A stretch of 64,000 bases of DNA from NCBI GenBank assembly GCA_042216285.1, contig JBDGUC010000009.1, positions 24,649 to 88,648 of the forward strand. The letters run 5' to 3'. This document shows, one piece after another, positions 36,320 through 45,972 of this stretch (its first letter is position 1; each line of letters opens with the position of its first letter). A program made the position numbers and the translations under genes. Under the pieces are notes generated by a model. That model was not told where the DNA came from. It was given only the letters and a program-made list of their open reading frames with translations, and ran no database searches. This DNA is from Haloferacaceae archaeon. GTDB taxonomy: Archaea > Halobacteriota > Halobacteria > Halobacteriales > Haloferacaceae.

Positions 36320-36814
36320 ATGACCGTAGACTCACCGAACGACGCCGGAGGGAGACCGTCGGACGGCACCGCCGGGAGCGACGGCGTCGCGGGGCGGCGC
36401 GAACCGTTCTCGACGCGGACGGTCCTCGTCCTCGCCGCGGTCGTGCTCGTCGCCGACGGCGTCCTGAAGATGGTCGCCGTCCCCCTCCCCTACGACACCG
36501 TCGTCGGCGTCGCCACGCTCGTCCCCCTCCTGCACCTCCGCGGGATGGCGCTCGACTCGCTCGAATACGTGGTCTACGTCGAGCGCCGGTCGGTCGCCGG
36601 CTTCGTCGTCGACTCGCTGTCGGCCGCCGGCGGGGCGGTCGCGCTCGGCAGTCTCGTCGTCTGGGTCGCCGACCGGATCGTCGGACCGGGCTCCCGGCTG
36701 GTCCCGGGGATGGGGGTCGCCGCAGCGCTGATCGGCGGCGGGGCCGTCCTCTACCTGCTGGTCGTCCGGTTCGTCGACCGCCACGACCGCGCCGCCGGCC
36801 TCTCCGCGCCCTGA
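36320..36814 (+). CDS. Hypothetical membrane protein
   Basis: Four hydrophobic segments; begins 16 nt after the ClC stop. No family recognised. Confidence 0.45.
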   Translation: MTVDSPNDAGGRPSDGTAGSDGVAGRREPFSTRTVLVLAAVVLVADGVLKMVAVPLPYDTVVGVATLVPLLHLRGMALDSLEYVVYVERRSVAGFVVDSLSAAGGAVALGSLVVWVADRIVGPGSRLVPGMGVAAALIGGGAVLYLLVVRFVDRHDRAAGLSAP

Positions 36815-36939
36815 CGCCCGGGCCGAATTCGCGTCCCCGGACGTGTGCCGACGGCCCCCGGGTCGCCGCGGCGGGCGAGGGCCGGGACGCCCGTGGAGGG
36901 CGGGAACGGACCCGGTGCGTTCCCCCACGACGGCGGGAC

Positions 36940-38988
36940 TCAGCCGTCCGCGTCGAGGTCGCGCAGGAACCGCGCCTCGAACTCCCCGGCGTCGAGGGTC
37001 TCGACGGCGAGTTCGTCCGCGGCCGCCAGTTTCGTCTCCCCCGGACTCTCCCCGACCACCAGGTAGTCGGTCTCCTCGCCCACCGCCGACGTGACGGTCG
37101 CGCCGTGGCGCTCCATCAGGGACGTGATCTCCTCGCGGGTGAACCCGTCCACCCGGCCCGTGAACGCGAGCGACACGCCCGCGAACTCCCGTCCCCGGGG
37201 CGCCCGCGTCGGGGCGACTCCGGCGTCGAGCAGTCGTCGCACGACCGCCCGGTTGGCGTCGTTGTCGAAAAACGACCTGACGCTCGCGGCGACCTCGGGG
37301 CCGACGTCCTCGACGGCTTCGAGTTCGTCGACGCTCGCGTCCTGCAGTTCGGCGAGCGAGAACCGCCTCGAGAGCGCACGGGCGCGCTCCGTCCCGACGT
37401 GTCGGATCCCGAGCGCGTAGACGAAGCTCGCCAGGTCGACGTCCTTGCTGGCCTCGATCCCGTCGAGCAGGGTGCGCGCGGACGTCTCCCCGAACGGCTC
37501 CAGGTCGGCGAGGTCCTCGACGTCCAGGGCGTAGAGGTCGGCCACCGAGGACACCAGCCCGCTCTCGACGAGGCGACCGGCCACCGTCTCGCCGACGCCC
37601 TCGACGTCCATCGCCGCGGTCGAGCAGAAATGCTGGATCGACCGCGCGAGCTGTGCCGGACAGGTCACGCCGCCGGTACAGAAGTGGTTCTCGCCCTCCC
37701 GGACCACGGCGCTCCCACAGACCGGACACGTCTCCGGCATCTCGAAGGTCCCCGCCGCCGGCTCGATCACGGAGGCGATCTCGGGGATGACGTCCCCGGC
37801 CCGTTCGACCGTGACGGTGGCCCCGGCACCGATCCCGAGTTCGCGCGCCCGGCGTTCGTTGTGGAGGGTCGCGCGACTGATGGTCACGCCCCGCACGTCG
37901 ACGGGGTCGAGGAGCGCGACGGGCGTGAGTTTGCCCGTCCGGCCGACCTGCACGACGATCCGGCGGACGGTCGTCTCGCCGGTCCTGGCCGGGAACTTGT
38001 AGGCGAACGCCCACCGCGGGTGGGCCGCCGTCGTGCCCAGTCGCTCGCGCCGGTCGAACTCGTCGACCTTCGCCACCACCCCGTCGACGTCGAACTCCAG
38101 GTCGTCGCGCCGCGCCAGCATCTCGTCGCGGTAGGCCACCACCTCCTCGACGGTCTCTCCGACCCGGTTGTCCTCGCTCACCCGCAGTCCGACAGCCCGC
38201 ATGAGGTCGAACGCCTCCGTCTGGCTCCCGACGTCGCGCGAGCAGTCGACGAGGTCGTAGACGTAGACGGCGAGCGGGCGGTCCGCGACCGCGGTCGGAT
38301 CGAGGAGTCGGACCGATCCCGCCGCCGCGTTGCGCGGGTTGGCGAACGGCTCCTCGCCGTTCCGGATCCGGCGGTCGTTCAGGTCGTGGAAGGCCGAGCG
38401 GGGCATGTAGACCTCGCCCCGCACGGCGAGCAGGTCCGGGGCGTCGGCCAGTCGGAGCGGGAGGGTGTGGATCGTCCGGGCGTTCTCGGTCACGTCCTCG
38501 CCGACCCGCCCGTCGCCCCGCGTCACGGCGCGGTCGAGGTCGCCGTCGAGGTAGACGAACTCCATCGACAGGCCGTCGAACTTCGGCTCCAGCGAGTAGG
38601 TGACCGCCCCGACCGCGTCCCGGACCCGGTCGTCGAACGCCCGGACGTCGGCCGCCGATTCCGAGGAGTCGAGGCTCAACATGGCGGCGACGTGTTCGCG
38701 CCGCGGCAGCGACTCCAGGGGACGGCCGCCGACGCGCCGGGTCGGGGAGTTCTCGTCGGCGAGGTCGAACGCCGCTTCGAGCGCTTCGAGGCGGTCGAAG
38801 AGCGCGTCGTACGTCTCGTCGGCGATCACGGGGTCGTTCTCGACGTAGTAACGGTGGTCGTGGTAGTCGATGGCCTCGCGCAACCGTTCGACCTCCCGTT
38901 CGGCCTCCGGCCGGGAGAGCGCGCCCACGTCGCGAACGTCGAGGTCCGGTTCCCGGACGTAGGGGTTGTCCTCGGGGGCCTCAACCAT
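36940..38988 (-). CDS. ligA: NAD+-dependent DNA ligase
   Basis: RLREAIDYHDHRYYVENDPVIADETYDALFDRL, adenylation EPKFDGLS, Zn finger CPVCGSAVVREGENHFCTGGVTCPAQ, HhH and C-terminal BRCT (FTGRVDGFTREE). Confidence 0.95.
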   Translation of the reverse strand: MVEAPEDNPYVREPDLDVRDVGALSRPEAEREVERLREAIDYHDHRYYVENDPVIADETYDALFDRLEALEAAFDLADENSPTRRVGGRPLESLPRREHVAAMLSLDSSESAADVRAFDDRVRDAVGAVTYSLEPKFDGLSMEFVYLDGDLDRAVTRGDGRVGEDVTENARTIHTLPLRLADAPDLLAVRGEVYMPRSAFHDLNDRRIRNGEEPFANPRNAAAGSVRLLDPTAVADRPLAVYVYDLVDCSRDVGSQTEAFDLMRAVGLRVSEDNRVGETVEEVVAYRDEMLARRDDLEFDVDGVVAKVDEFDRRERLGTTAAHPRWAFAYKFPARTGETTVRRIVVQVGRTGKLTPVALLDPVDVRGVTISRATLHNERRARELGIGAGATVTVERAGDVIPEIASVIEPAAGTFEMPETCPVCGSAVVREGENHFCTGGVTCPAQLARSIQHFCSTAAMDVEGVGETVAGRLVESGLVSSVADLYALDVEDLADLEPFGETSARTLLDGIEASKDVDLASFVYALGIRHVGTERARALSRRFSLAELQDASVDELEAVEDVGPEVAASVRSFFDNDANRAVVRRLLDAGVAPTRAPRGREFAGVSLAFTGRVDGFTREEITSLMERHGATVTSAVGEETDYLVVGESPGETKLAAADELAVETLDAGEFEARFLRDLDADG

Positions 38989-40681
38989 CGAAGTACGCCC
39001 TCATCCCGTCGAGCGGTCGGGTGTTCACCACGTCGGCGGCGGTACACCAGCCCCGCCTGGCCTGGGAGACGCCCAGGTGCATGAGGTCCAGATCGCCCGG
39101 CGCGTGGGCGTCCGTCGAGACGACGTACTCGACCTCGTCGCGGTACTCCTCGACCGTCGCCCAGTCGAGGTCGAGGCGCGCGGGCTGGGCGTTGATCTCG
39201 ATGGCGATTCCCTCCTCGGCCGCGGTCTCCACGATCGCGTCGAACTCGATGTCCAGGGGTTCGCGCCGGCCGAGCAGTCGGTTGGTCGGGTGGGCGAAGA
39301 CGTCGACGGGCGCGTCCGCGAACGCCCGGAGCACCGCCGCCGTCGGATCCGGCGGCCGGCCGTGCATGCCGGCCACGATCAGGTCACACCGGTCCCACCA
39401 GTCCGGCGGGAGGCCGAGCCCCTCCTCCGTGATCTCGGCCTCGACGCCCTGGAGGACGGTGACCTCGACCGCCTCGTCGGCGTTGACCTCGTCGATCCGG
39501 GCGCGTTGTTCCGCGAACCCGTCGGCGTCGAGTCGGTCCGGGATCGGCGCGCCCGGCCCGTGGTCCGAGACGAGGACGTACTCCAGTCCCCGGTCGTCGG
39601 CCGCCTCGGCCATCTCGCGGACGCTCGCGGAGCCGTCGGAGTAGTCGGTGTGGGTCTGCAAGTCCCCGCGGATCCCGTCCGTCTCCACCAGGTCGGGGAG
39701 GGCGCCCGCCGCCGCCGCGTCGACCTCCCCCGTGTCCTCGCGGAGTTCGGGCGGGATCCAGTCGAGATCGAGCGCCCCGTACACCTCCGCCTCGGTGGCG
39801 CTCGCGATCGGGTCGTCCCCGTCGCTCGCGTCGAAGAGGCCGTACTCGTTGAGCTTCCACCCGCGGTCGATCGCCCGGTTGCGGAGCGCGATGTTGTGGT
39901 CCTTCGACCCGGTGAAGTAGATCAGCGCCGACCCGTACTCCGACTCCTCGACGATACGGAGATCCATCCGGAGGTCGCCGGAGACGACGACCGACGACTT
40001 CGTATCGCCGCGGGCCAGGACCTCCGTTACGTCCTCGTGCGTACAGAACCGCTCGGTCGCCCTCGACGGATCGTCCGCCGTGGCCAGCACGTCGATGTCG
40101 CCGACGGTCGGGCGGCGCCGTCGGAACGACCCGACGACGTCGACCCGATCGAACGCGTCCGACTCCCGAAGTCGCCGTTCGACGGCCCGGGCGATCGGGA
40201 ACGCCCGCCCCAGGAGCATCCGCTCCCGTCCCTGCTTGGCGAGGTCGATGTGGGCCAACACGTTCCGCTGGGACTTCTCGCCGAACCCCTCGACCTCGGC
40301 GATCCGGCCCTCCTCGGCGGCGCGTTCGAGGTCCTCCAGCGTCGCCACGCCGAGCGCCAGATACAGTTTCTTTGCGGTCTTCGGCCCGACCCCCTCGACG
40401 CTCGTGATCGCCTCGATGTCGATCGGCAGGTCGGCCCTGAGTTCCTCGTAGTACGCCATCTCGCCCGTTTCGAGATACTCCGCGATCCTCGCGGCGATGG
40501 ACTCGCCGACGCCGTCGATCCCCTCTAACTCCCCGCGCTCGTACACGTCCTCGACGTCCTCCGAGAGCGCCTCGACGTTCCGGGCGGCCCTCCGGTACGC
40601 CCGGGGTTTGTACTCCACCTCCTGGAGTTCGAGGAAGTCGGCGATCTCGTAGAGGACGTTCGCGACCTCCTGGTTTTTCAT
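38981..40681 (-). CDS. polX: Family X DNA polymerase with C-terminal PHP phosphoesterase domain
   Basis: N-terminal MKNQEVANVLYEIADFLELQEVEYKPRAYRRAARN (8-kDa/HhH domains), GSFRRRRPTVGDIDVL catalytic Asp motif, PHP motifs DLQTHTDYSDG and STDAHAP. Confidence 0.9.
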   Translation of the reverse strand: MKNQEVANVLYEIADFLELQEVEYKPRAYRRAARNVEALSEDVEDVYERGELEGIDGVGESIAARIAEYLETGEMAYYEELRADLPIDIEAITSVEGVGPKTAKKLYLALGVATLEDLERAAEEGRIAEVEGFGEKSQRNVLAHIDLAKQGRERMLLGRAFPIARAVERRLRESDAFDRVDVVGSFRRRRPTVGDIDVLATADDPSRATERFCTHEDVTEVLARGDTKSSVVVSGDLRMDLRIVEESEYGSALIYFTGSKDHNIALRNRAIDRGWKLNEYGLFDASDGDDPIASATEAEVYGALDLDWIPPELREDTGEVDAAAAGALPDLVETDGIRGDLQTHTDYSDGSASVREMAEAADDRGLEYVLVSDHGPGAPIPDRLDADGFAEQRARIDEVNADEAVEVTVLQGVEAEITEEGLGLPPDWWDRCDLIVAGMHGRPPDPTAAVLRAFADAPVDVFAHPTNRLLGRREPLDIEFDAIVETAAEEGIAIEINAQPARLDLDWATVEEYRDEVEYVVSTDAHAPGDLDLMHLGVSQARRGWCTAADVVNTRPLDGMRAYFDG

Positions 40682-41618
40682 GCCGGTCCCCCGCGAAAGT
40701 GCGCGTCCGACGCGTAAATATTGCCCCGCCGTGCCGACGGGTCGGAGGGCGGCCGCCAGTCGAGCGGACCGATTCGCGCCCCGGTCTCCGTCCGCACGCG
40801 GACGACGCGTCGTGGGACGGCCTCCCCAGATCCCTCCATATCATCAAACGTCCGAGTATCATCTATATCAGATAACAAGACTCGTGGAAGCGCACCGAAC
40901 CCGTCCCGCGGGAGACGAGCCGCGTTCGACGAGCTCCGCCTCCGATGCGTGCAGTCGCCGGCTCCGGGATCGCTCTCCGAGCGTCGCTCCGGTCTCCCCG
41001 ACTCTCCCGGAATGGCCCGCGTACGTCCGTCTGAGTGACCTGTTCCGGATCCGTGCGAACGCCGAAGAACCAACCGCGAGGCTCCCGTCGACGGGAGATC
41101 CGCGGTGGCCCTCGCCCGCCGCCGCGCCCCCGGTTCCGGCGCCGGACCGTCGAGAGCATCCGGATCACGGACATGTACTGATACAAACGGGAAAACACAG
41201 ACATCAATTGAAAACAACGATTCTGCGCCGGGACTGCAACTGATGCGGTAGCGCGGAGTCTCCTTCCTCGAGGAACGAGCGAGGCGTCGCTCTCTACAAC
41301 GGAGAGTCGCGTCCGGTGTCCGCTTGCTCTGCCCGATGCCGCCGATCGCGCGGGTCGACGTGCTCTCGGGGACTCCTGGCCCCCGCTCACCCGGAGTCGA
41401 GGCCGACGACCGGGTGGGCGCACACGCCCCGGACGGGGCGAAACGGGCGTGGCGAACCGGCGAAACGTGCGTGGACGGCTCCGATGGGGCCGGACCGTCC
41501 GTGACGAAGCGCGGTGTCTCCGTCCCGTCTGCGATCCCGTTTGGGGATCGCGTCGGGGTCGACGCCGCCTCGCGGGGGACGCGGCGCGGGCGACGACGCT
41601 ACACGTTCCCGACCGGGC

Positions 41619-43589
41619 CTACTGTGGCGTCGACGTCTCGGTCGACGTGGTCGACGTCTCCGTCGACGTGCCGGTCGTCGTTTCCGTCTCGGTCGCCGTA
41701 CTCGTGCTCGTTTCGTTTCCGCTCGGCGTTGCCGTCGCCGTACTCGTACCGTTCCCGCCCGGCGTGCTGGTCTCCGTTCCGCCCGGCGTCGTCGTGACGG
41801 TCACGTTGGCGGTGTCGGAGGCGAGGATCGTCCCGGGGACGGGGTCGTCCATCGTCGAGGCGTTGCCGTCGGCGTCGGGGTGGACGGCGGCGACGAGCGT
41901 CCCGCTCTCGTTCAGGCCGTCGACCGCGACCGAGACGTTGGAGACGCTGGTCTCGGTGACCTGCCGGTAGCCGAGCAGTTGATCGGGCGCGCCCGACTCG
42001 TTTTGCGTCCAGACGGCCACGTAGTACGGCGTCTCGTCGTTCGACGCCGAGGCGACCTGGACCGACGTCCCGTCGGTCGTCTGGTCGTCGAAGGTGATCG
42101 ACGACGCGACCCGTGCCTCCTCGATCGTGATCGTGGCGAACGCACCGTCGTCGGGCGTGAGAACGCCGTGGACGTAGGTGCCCGGTGCGACGCCGGTGGT
42201 ATCGACGTCGAACGTCAGGTGTTCGTAGCCGCCCGCGTCCAGGGTAACGTTCCGGGACTGGACGAGTTGCCCGTCGAGGCGGAACTCGACCCGCTGGGTG
42301 GCCGACTGCATGTTGGGATTCCTGATGGCCGCGTCCACCGTTATCGTCTCGCCGGCGGTCGCGTTGGAGGGCGCCGAGAGGTCCATCACCTCGAACGAGC
42401 GCTCGTCGGCGACGGTGAGCTCCGCCACCTGGCCGCCCTCGTCGGTGTAGACCCCGTGGACGTACGTGCCGGGATCGACCGTCGTGGCGTCCAGGTGGAA
42501 CTCGACGGTCGTCGACGCCCCGGCGTCGAGGGCGACCCGCGTCCGGTCGACCACGTCACCGCCGACCCGGTAGGCGACCGACTGGGTGTCGGCCTCCTCG
42601 TTCGGGTTGGTCACCGTCGCGGTGACCACGGCAATCTCGTCGGCGCGCACCGTGTCGGGGGCCTGCAGGTTCGACACCTCGAACGAGGCTCCGGTCACCG
42701 GTCGCTGGAGGGTCACGTTGGCGGTGTCGGAGGCGAGGATCGTCCCGGGGACGGGGTCGTCCATCGTCGAGGCGTTGCCGTCGGCGTCGGGGTGGACGGC
42801 GGCGACGAGCGTCCCGCTCTCGTTCAGGCCGTCGACCGCGACCGAGACGTTGGAGACGCTGGTCTCGGTGACCTGCCGGTAGCCGAGCAGTTGATCGGGC
42901 GCGCCCGACTCGTTTTGCGTCCAGACGGCCACGTAGTACGGCGTCTCGTCGTTCGACGCCGAGGCGACCTGGACCGACGTCCCGTCGGTCGTCTGGTCGT
43001 CGAAGGCGATCGACGCCGGAGCGGCCCCTCCCCCGACCGTCACGGTCGCCGAGTCCGTGACCGGTCCGCCCCCGTCGGCGGTGTAGGGCCCGTCGACGGA
43101 GCCGTTCTGCGCGACGAAGTCGAACGCCTGGTTGTCGTTCGTGTCGCGGTGGGGCATCGCGACGAGCGTCTGGTCCTCGGAGATCGGTTCGTCGAGCGTC
43201 ACCGTCACGTTCTCGTGGAGGCCGGGCGAGAGGTACGCCGACGAGCCGACCACGCTGGTGACGGCGCTGTTCTCGTCGCCCGACATCAGGGTGTCGTCGT
43301 GGATGACGACGAACCCCCCGTTCGAGAGGTTCGCCGACGCCACGGTGACGGTCGTCCCGTCGCTGGTCTGGTCGTCGAACGTCACCGACGCCGTCCCGCT
43401 CCCCGTCCCGTTTCCGGGCCCGCTCGGGGTTGCAGTCGCGGTTGCAGTGCCGGTTTCCGTTCCGGTCGTCGTGGCCTGTGGCCGTTCGACCGAGTGTCCG
43501 AGTTCCGCCATGGCCCCGGTGGCCGTCGCCGCGCCGGCGAGGGCCACCACGACCACGACGAGTACGACGCTTGGTGTCGATCGTGTCAT
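41619..43589 (-). CDS. Secreted repeat protein: three FDDQT-type modules, two CARDB-like modules, Thr-rich N- and C-terminal linkers
   Basis: Signal peptide MTRSTPSVVLVVVVVALAGAATATGAMA. Modules (V/I)TFDDQT(S/T)DGT..V x3. FEV(S/M)(N/D)L.AP...A.E...V.A.(V/I).NPN x2. The Thr/Glu/Ser tail ends the protein without a TM or PGF-type anchor. Confidence 0.8.
   Translation of the reverse strand: MTRSTPSVVLVVVVVALAGAATATGAMAELGHSVERPQATTTGTETGTATATATPSGPGNGTGSGTASVTFDDQTSDGTTVTVASANLSNGGFVVIHDDTLMSGDENSAVTSVVGSSAYLSPGLHENVTVTLDEPISEDQTLVAMPHRDTNDNQAFDFVAQNGSVDGPYTADGGGPVTDSATVTVGGGAAPASIAFDDQTTDGTSVQVASASNDETPYYVAVWTQNESGAPDQLLGYRQVTETSVSNVSVAVDGLNESGTLVAAVHPDADGNASTMDDPVPGTILASDTANVTLQRPVTGASFEVSNLQAPDTVRADEIAVVTATVTNPNEEADTQSVAYRVGGDVVDRTRVALDAGASTTVEFHLDATTVDPGTYVHGVYTDEGGQVAELTVADERSFEVMDLSAPSNATAGETITVDAAIRNPNMQSATQRVEFRLDGQLVQSRNVTLDAGGYEHLTFDVDTTGVAPGTYVHGVLTPDDGAFATITIEEARVASSITFDDQTTDGTSVQVASASNDETPYYVAVWTQNESGAPDQLLGYRQVTETSVSNVSVAVDGLNESGTLVAAVHPDADGNASTMDDPVPGTILASDTANVTVTTTPGGTETSTPGGNGTSTATATPSGNETSTSTATETETTTGTSTETSTTSTETSTPQ
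41799..42094 (-). repeat. Copy A of a perfect 296-bp direct repeat inside the secreted-protein gene
   Basis: Base-for-base identical to 42711..43006 in my line-by-line comparison; offset 912 bp. Confidence 0.9.
42711..43006 (-). repeat. Copy B of a perfect 296-bp direct repeat inside the secreted-protein gene
   Basis: Identical to 41799..42094. First mismatches are at 41798/42710 and 42095/43007. Confidence 0.9.
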
Positions 43590-43815
43590 GAGTCAACTCC
43601 GGCTGATATCCGGCGAGACACGCACATAATCCGGCCGGACGGTTCCACTGTTTCAGCCGGGGTAAGTCGGTATTTATCCGACGACCGGAGTCGGGGATAG
43701 GGGACTCCGGCGGTGGGGGCCGAGCGGGTGTAAGGGAACGTTTATCCGCTCGCCGACGATCCGCGCCCGGACGTGCCCCGGCCGTGGACTCCTCGATCGG
43801 CGCGCCGGCACCGAC

Positions 43816-44490
43816 TCAGTTCCGCCCGAACGGATCGTGGCTTTCGAGGCAGATGAGGTTCTCGCGCCCGAGGCGGATCTTCCGGAGGACGCCCTCCTCC
43901 TCCAGGTCGGACAGCAACCGACTCACCTTCGCCTTCGACCACTCGACCTGCGCGACGATCTCCTGCTGGCGCATCCGTCCGTCGTGTCGCTCGACGAGGA
44001 GGAGCAGTCGGTCCCGGTCGGACAGCACCGACGGCGGTTCGTCCCGTACGACCGACACCGAGGGGCGTCGGAAGGTGCCGAACGCCAGGTGTGCCACGAG
44101 GAGCGCAAGCCCCACGACGAGGGCGGTGCCCACGGCCGTTCCGACCGCGTCGAAGGGCCCCACGGCCGCGACCCGCAGGTCGGCCCACGCGTCGACGACG
44201 CCGAGAGCGTGCCACCGGCCCCCCGCGACGAGAGCGTGCCACCGGCCCCCCGCGACCGCGACCACCGAGAGATCGCGAGCGGTCGCGAGCGTCGCCGAAT
44301 CGGGCGACGGTCGATCGGGTCGTCCCGTTCGAGGGCCCGCCGTCGGTGGCCCGGCCGACGGTCCGCCGGAGCGGGGATCCGTCCGCGGCGTCACACTCCC
44401 CACGTGGCGAAGGACGACGAATAGTCCTTTCGTCGGTCGGTTGCCCGGACTCTCAACCGTGCGAAACGGTTTCGACCGCCTGACAGTCAT
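43816..44490 (-). CDS. Membrane-associated HTH transcription regulator (MarR/TrmB-like wHTH at the C-terminus); start uncertain
   Basis: C-terminal LSDRDRLLLLVERHDGRMRQQEIVAQVEWSKAKVSRLLSDLEEEGVLRKIRLGRENLICL, preceded by the TM segment GTALVVGLALLVAHLAF. The N-terminal boundary was chosen at the ATG at 44490. Confidence 0.6.
   Translation of the reverse strand: MTVRRSKPFRTVESPGNRPTKGLFVVLRHVGSVTPRTDPRSGGPSAGPPTAGPRTGRPDRPSPDSATLATARDLSVVAVAGGRWHALVAGGRWHALGVVDAWADLRVAAVGPFDAVGTAVGTALVVGLALLVAHLAFGTFRRPSVSVVRDEPPSVLSDRDRLLLLVERHDGRMRQQEIVAQVEWSKAKVSRLLSDLEEEGVLRKIRLGRENLICLESHDPFGRN
44203..44256. repeat. 27-bp tandem repeat x2 (GAGAGCGTGCCACCGGCCCCCCGCGAC) within the regulator gene
   Basis: Read directly. 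Encodes VAGGRWHAL twice on the minus strand. Confidence 0.85.
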
Positions 44491-44648
44491 CCGCGACGGA
44501 GAGGACCGGCCGGCGTGGCCGTGACCGTCGGTCGCCGGACGCGCGCACGGGTCGGCAACCGCCCGCACAGGTCGCGTGTCGCGCCGACGCGTCCGCTCCC
44601 TCGCGGAGCACCGGACGACCGGCGAGAACGGTTCGGCGGAGCCACGGC

Positions 44649-45167
44649 TCAGCGAAGCCACGCGTAGGCGCCCAGGACCGCGATGGCCGAGAGGAAGACG
44701 ACGGCCCAGACGGGGGCGCTCACGGCGGAGACGAGCGGCACGCCGCCCATCGCCGCCAGCAGGACCGCGAGACCGACGAGGCTCACCACGAGCGGCCAGG
44801 TCCGGAGCCGGGAGGGCCGGGCGTCGTCGGTCACGTAGACGGTGACCTCGTCGAGTCGCGGTCCGGGTTCGACGCGGTTTGTCTCCGGATCGTATCTGAT
44901 GACGCCCTCGTCGGCGAGTTTCGGGAGGTGAGTCTGCTGGAGCGACACGTAGACGCTCTTGTAGAGGTCCCTCGTCGGGTCTCCGTTCCCCCCGTCTTGC
45001 TCCCGTCTGGCGATCTCCTCCGCGAGGTCGGAGACCACGACCCCGTCCGGTCGGTCGGCGATGGTGGCGATCAGCTCTCGGCGCCTGTCGTTTCCGAGGA
45101 TGTGAAACGCGTCGCTCTCGCTGAGGGTCCCGTCACCCCGAACGCTCGTCGGTTCGTTCGTCCCCAT
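44649..45167 (-). CDS. DUF7344-like wHTH protein with two C-terminal TM helices
   Basis: DAFHILGNDRRRELIATIAD...YVSLQQTHLPKLADEGVIRYDPETNRV, then WPLVVSLVGLAVLLAAMGG and VWAVVFLSAIAVLGAYAWL. Confidence 0.6.
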   Translation of the reverse strand: MGTNEPTSVRGDGTLSESDAFHILGNDRRRELIATIADRPDGVVVSDLAEEIARREQDGGNGDPTRDLYKSVYVSLQQTHLPKLADEGVIRYDPETNRVEPGPRLDEVTVYVTDDARPSRLRTWPLVVSLVGLAVLLAAMGGVPLVSAVSAPVWAVVFLSAIAVLGAYAWLR

Positions 45168-45972
45168 AGTAGTCGTGGTTCCCGGCGGTCGCCCGCCCCA
45201 GGGAGCCGTTACTTTTCGTCCGACTCCCATGACGGTGTGGCCTGGTTCGCCAGGGGCTTTTACCGGGACGTGGGCACACGGTAACATAACATTTATTCAC
45301 AATATATAGTTTTTCTCGCAAATTTATGCGATTTTTCTGTACAAAATTCCAGGAGCGGCGTCCGACGCACGCCGATCCGGGCGCCCGCCGTGCACCGACC
45401 GGACTCGGCGTCCCCCGGTACGGACGTCGGCGCCCGCGGTGGTCACGCCGCGACACCCCCCGTGACGGTCGGGGACGAGTTCCGCCGCGCCTCCCGCGCC
45501 CGGACGGGTCGGTTCGGTTACGCGTCCGACCCCGGGTCCGGTCCGCGACCGACACCCGTTCGTGACGGTCTCTCGATCATACGTGTCCGTTTCGAGAGGG
45601 AAACGCACTCTTTCGCGGGACTGCGTCGGGATGGAACACGGGACGCGGGCATCCTCACACGACGTCGGAAATCGGTCCTTGTTGACGGTAGCGTGATCTT
45701 TCTCCGTCGCGCTCGATCGTAGGGAGTGAGTTATAATATGGCGTGGCGATAGAGAGTCACTCCGTCTGATCAGTTGACGCGATCACCCGCTGACCGGGAA
45801 TCCAACATGATACGGAGGGACACGCGGTTCGGACGATCGAAGGAACGGGACGGGGCCGACGACGCCCGGGGGCTGCCGGCGTCGGGACGCCGCGAGACGG
45901 ACGGCGGATCGAGGGGATCGATGACACGACCCCGCGCCCGCGCTCTCGGCGCGCCGCCGATCGGGGGCAGCC

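Noticed and set aside
40678-41504. ORFs 40678..41217 (-), 40680..41243 (+), 40863..41423 (-) and 41316..41504 (+) as genes.
   Set aside because: All give basic Arg/Pro/Ser-rich products without motifs. The region is treated as non-coding or decayed (see findings).
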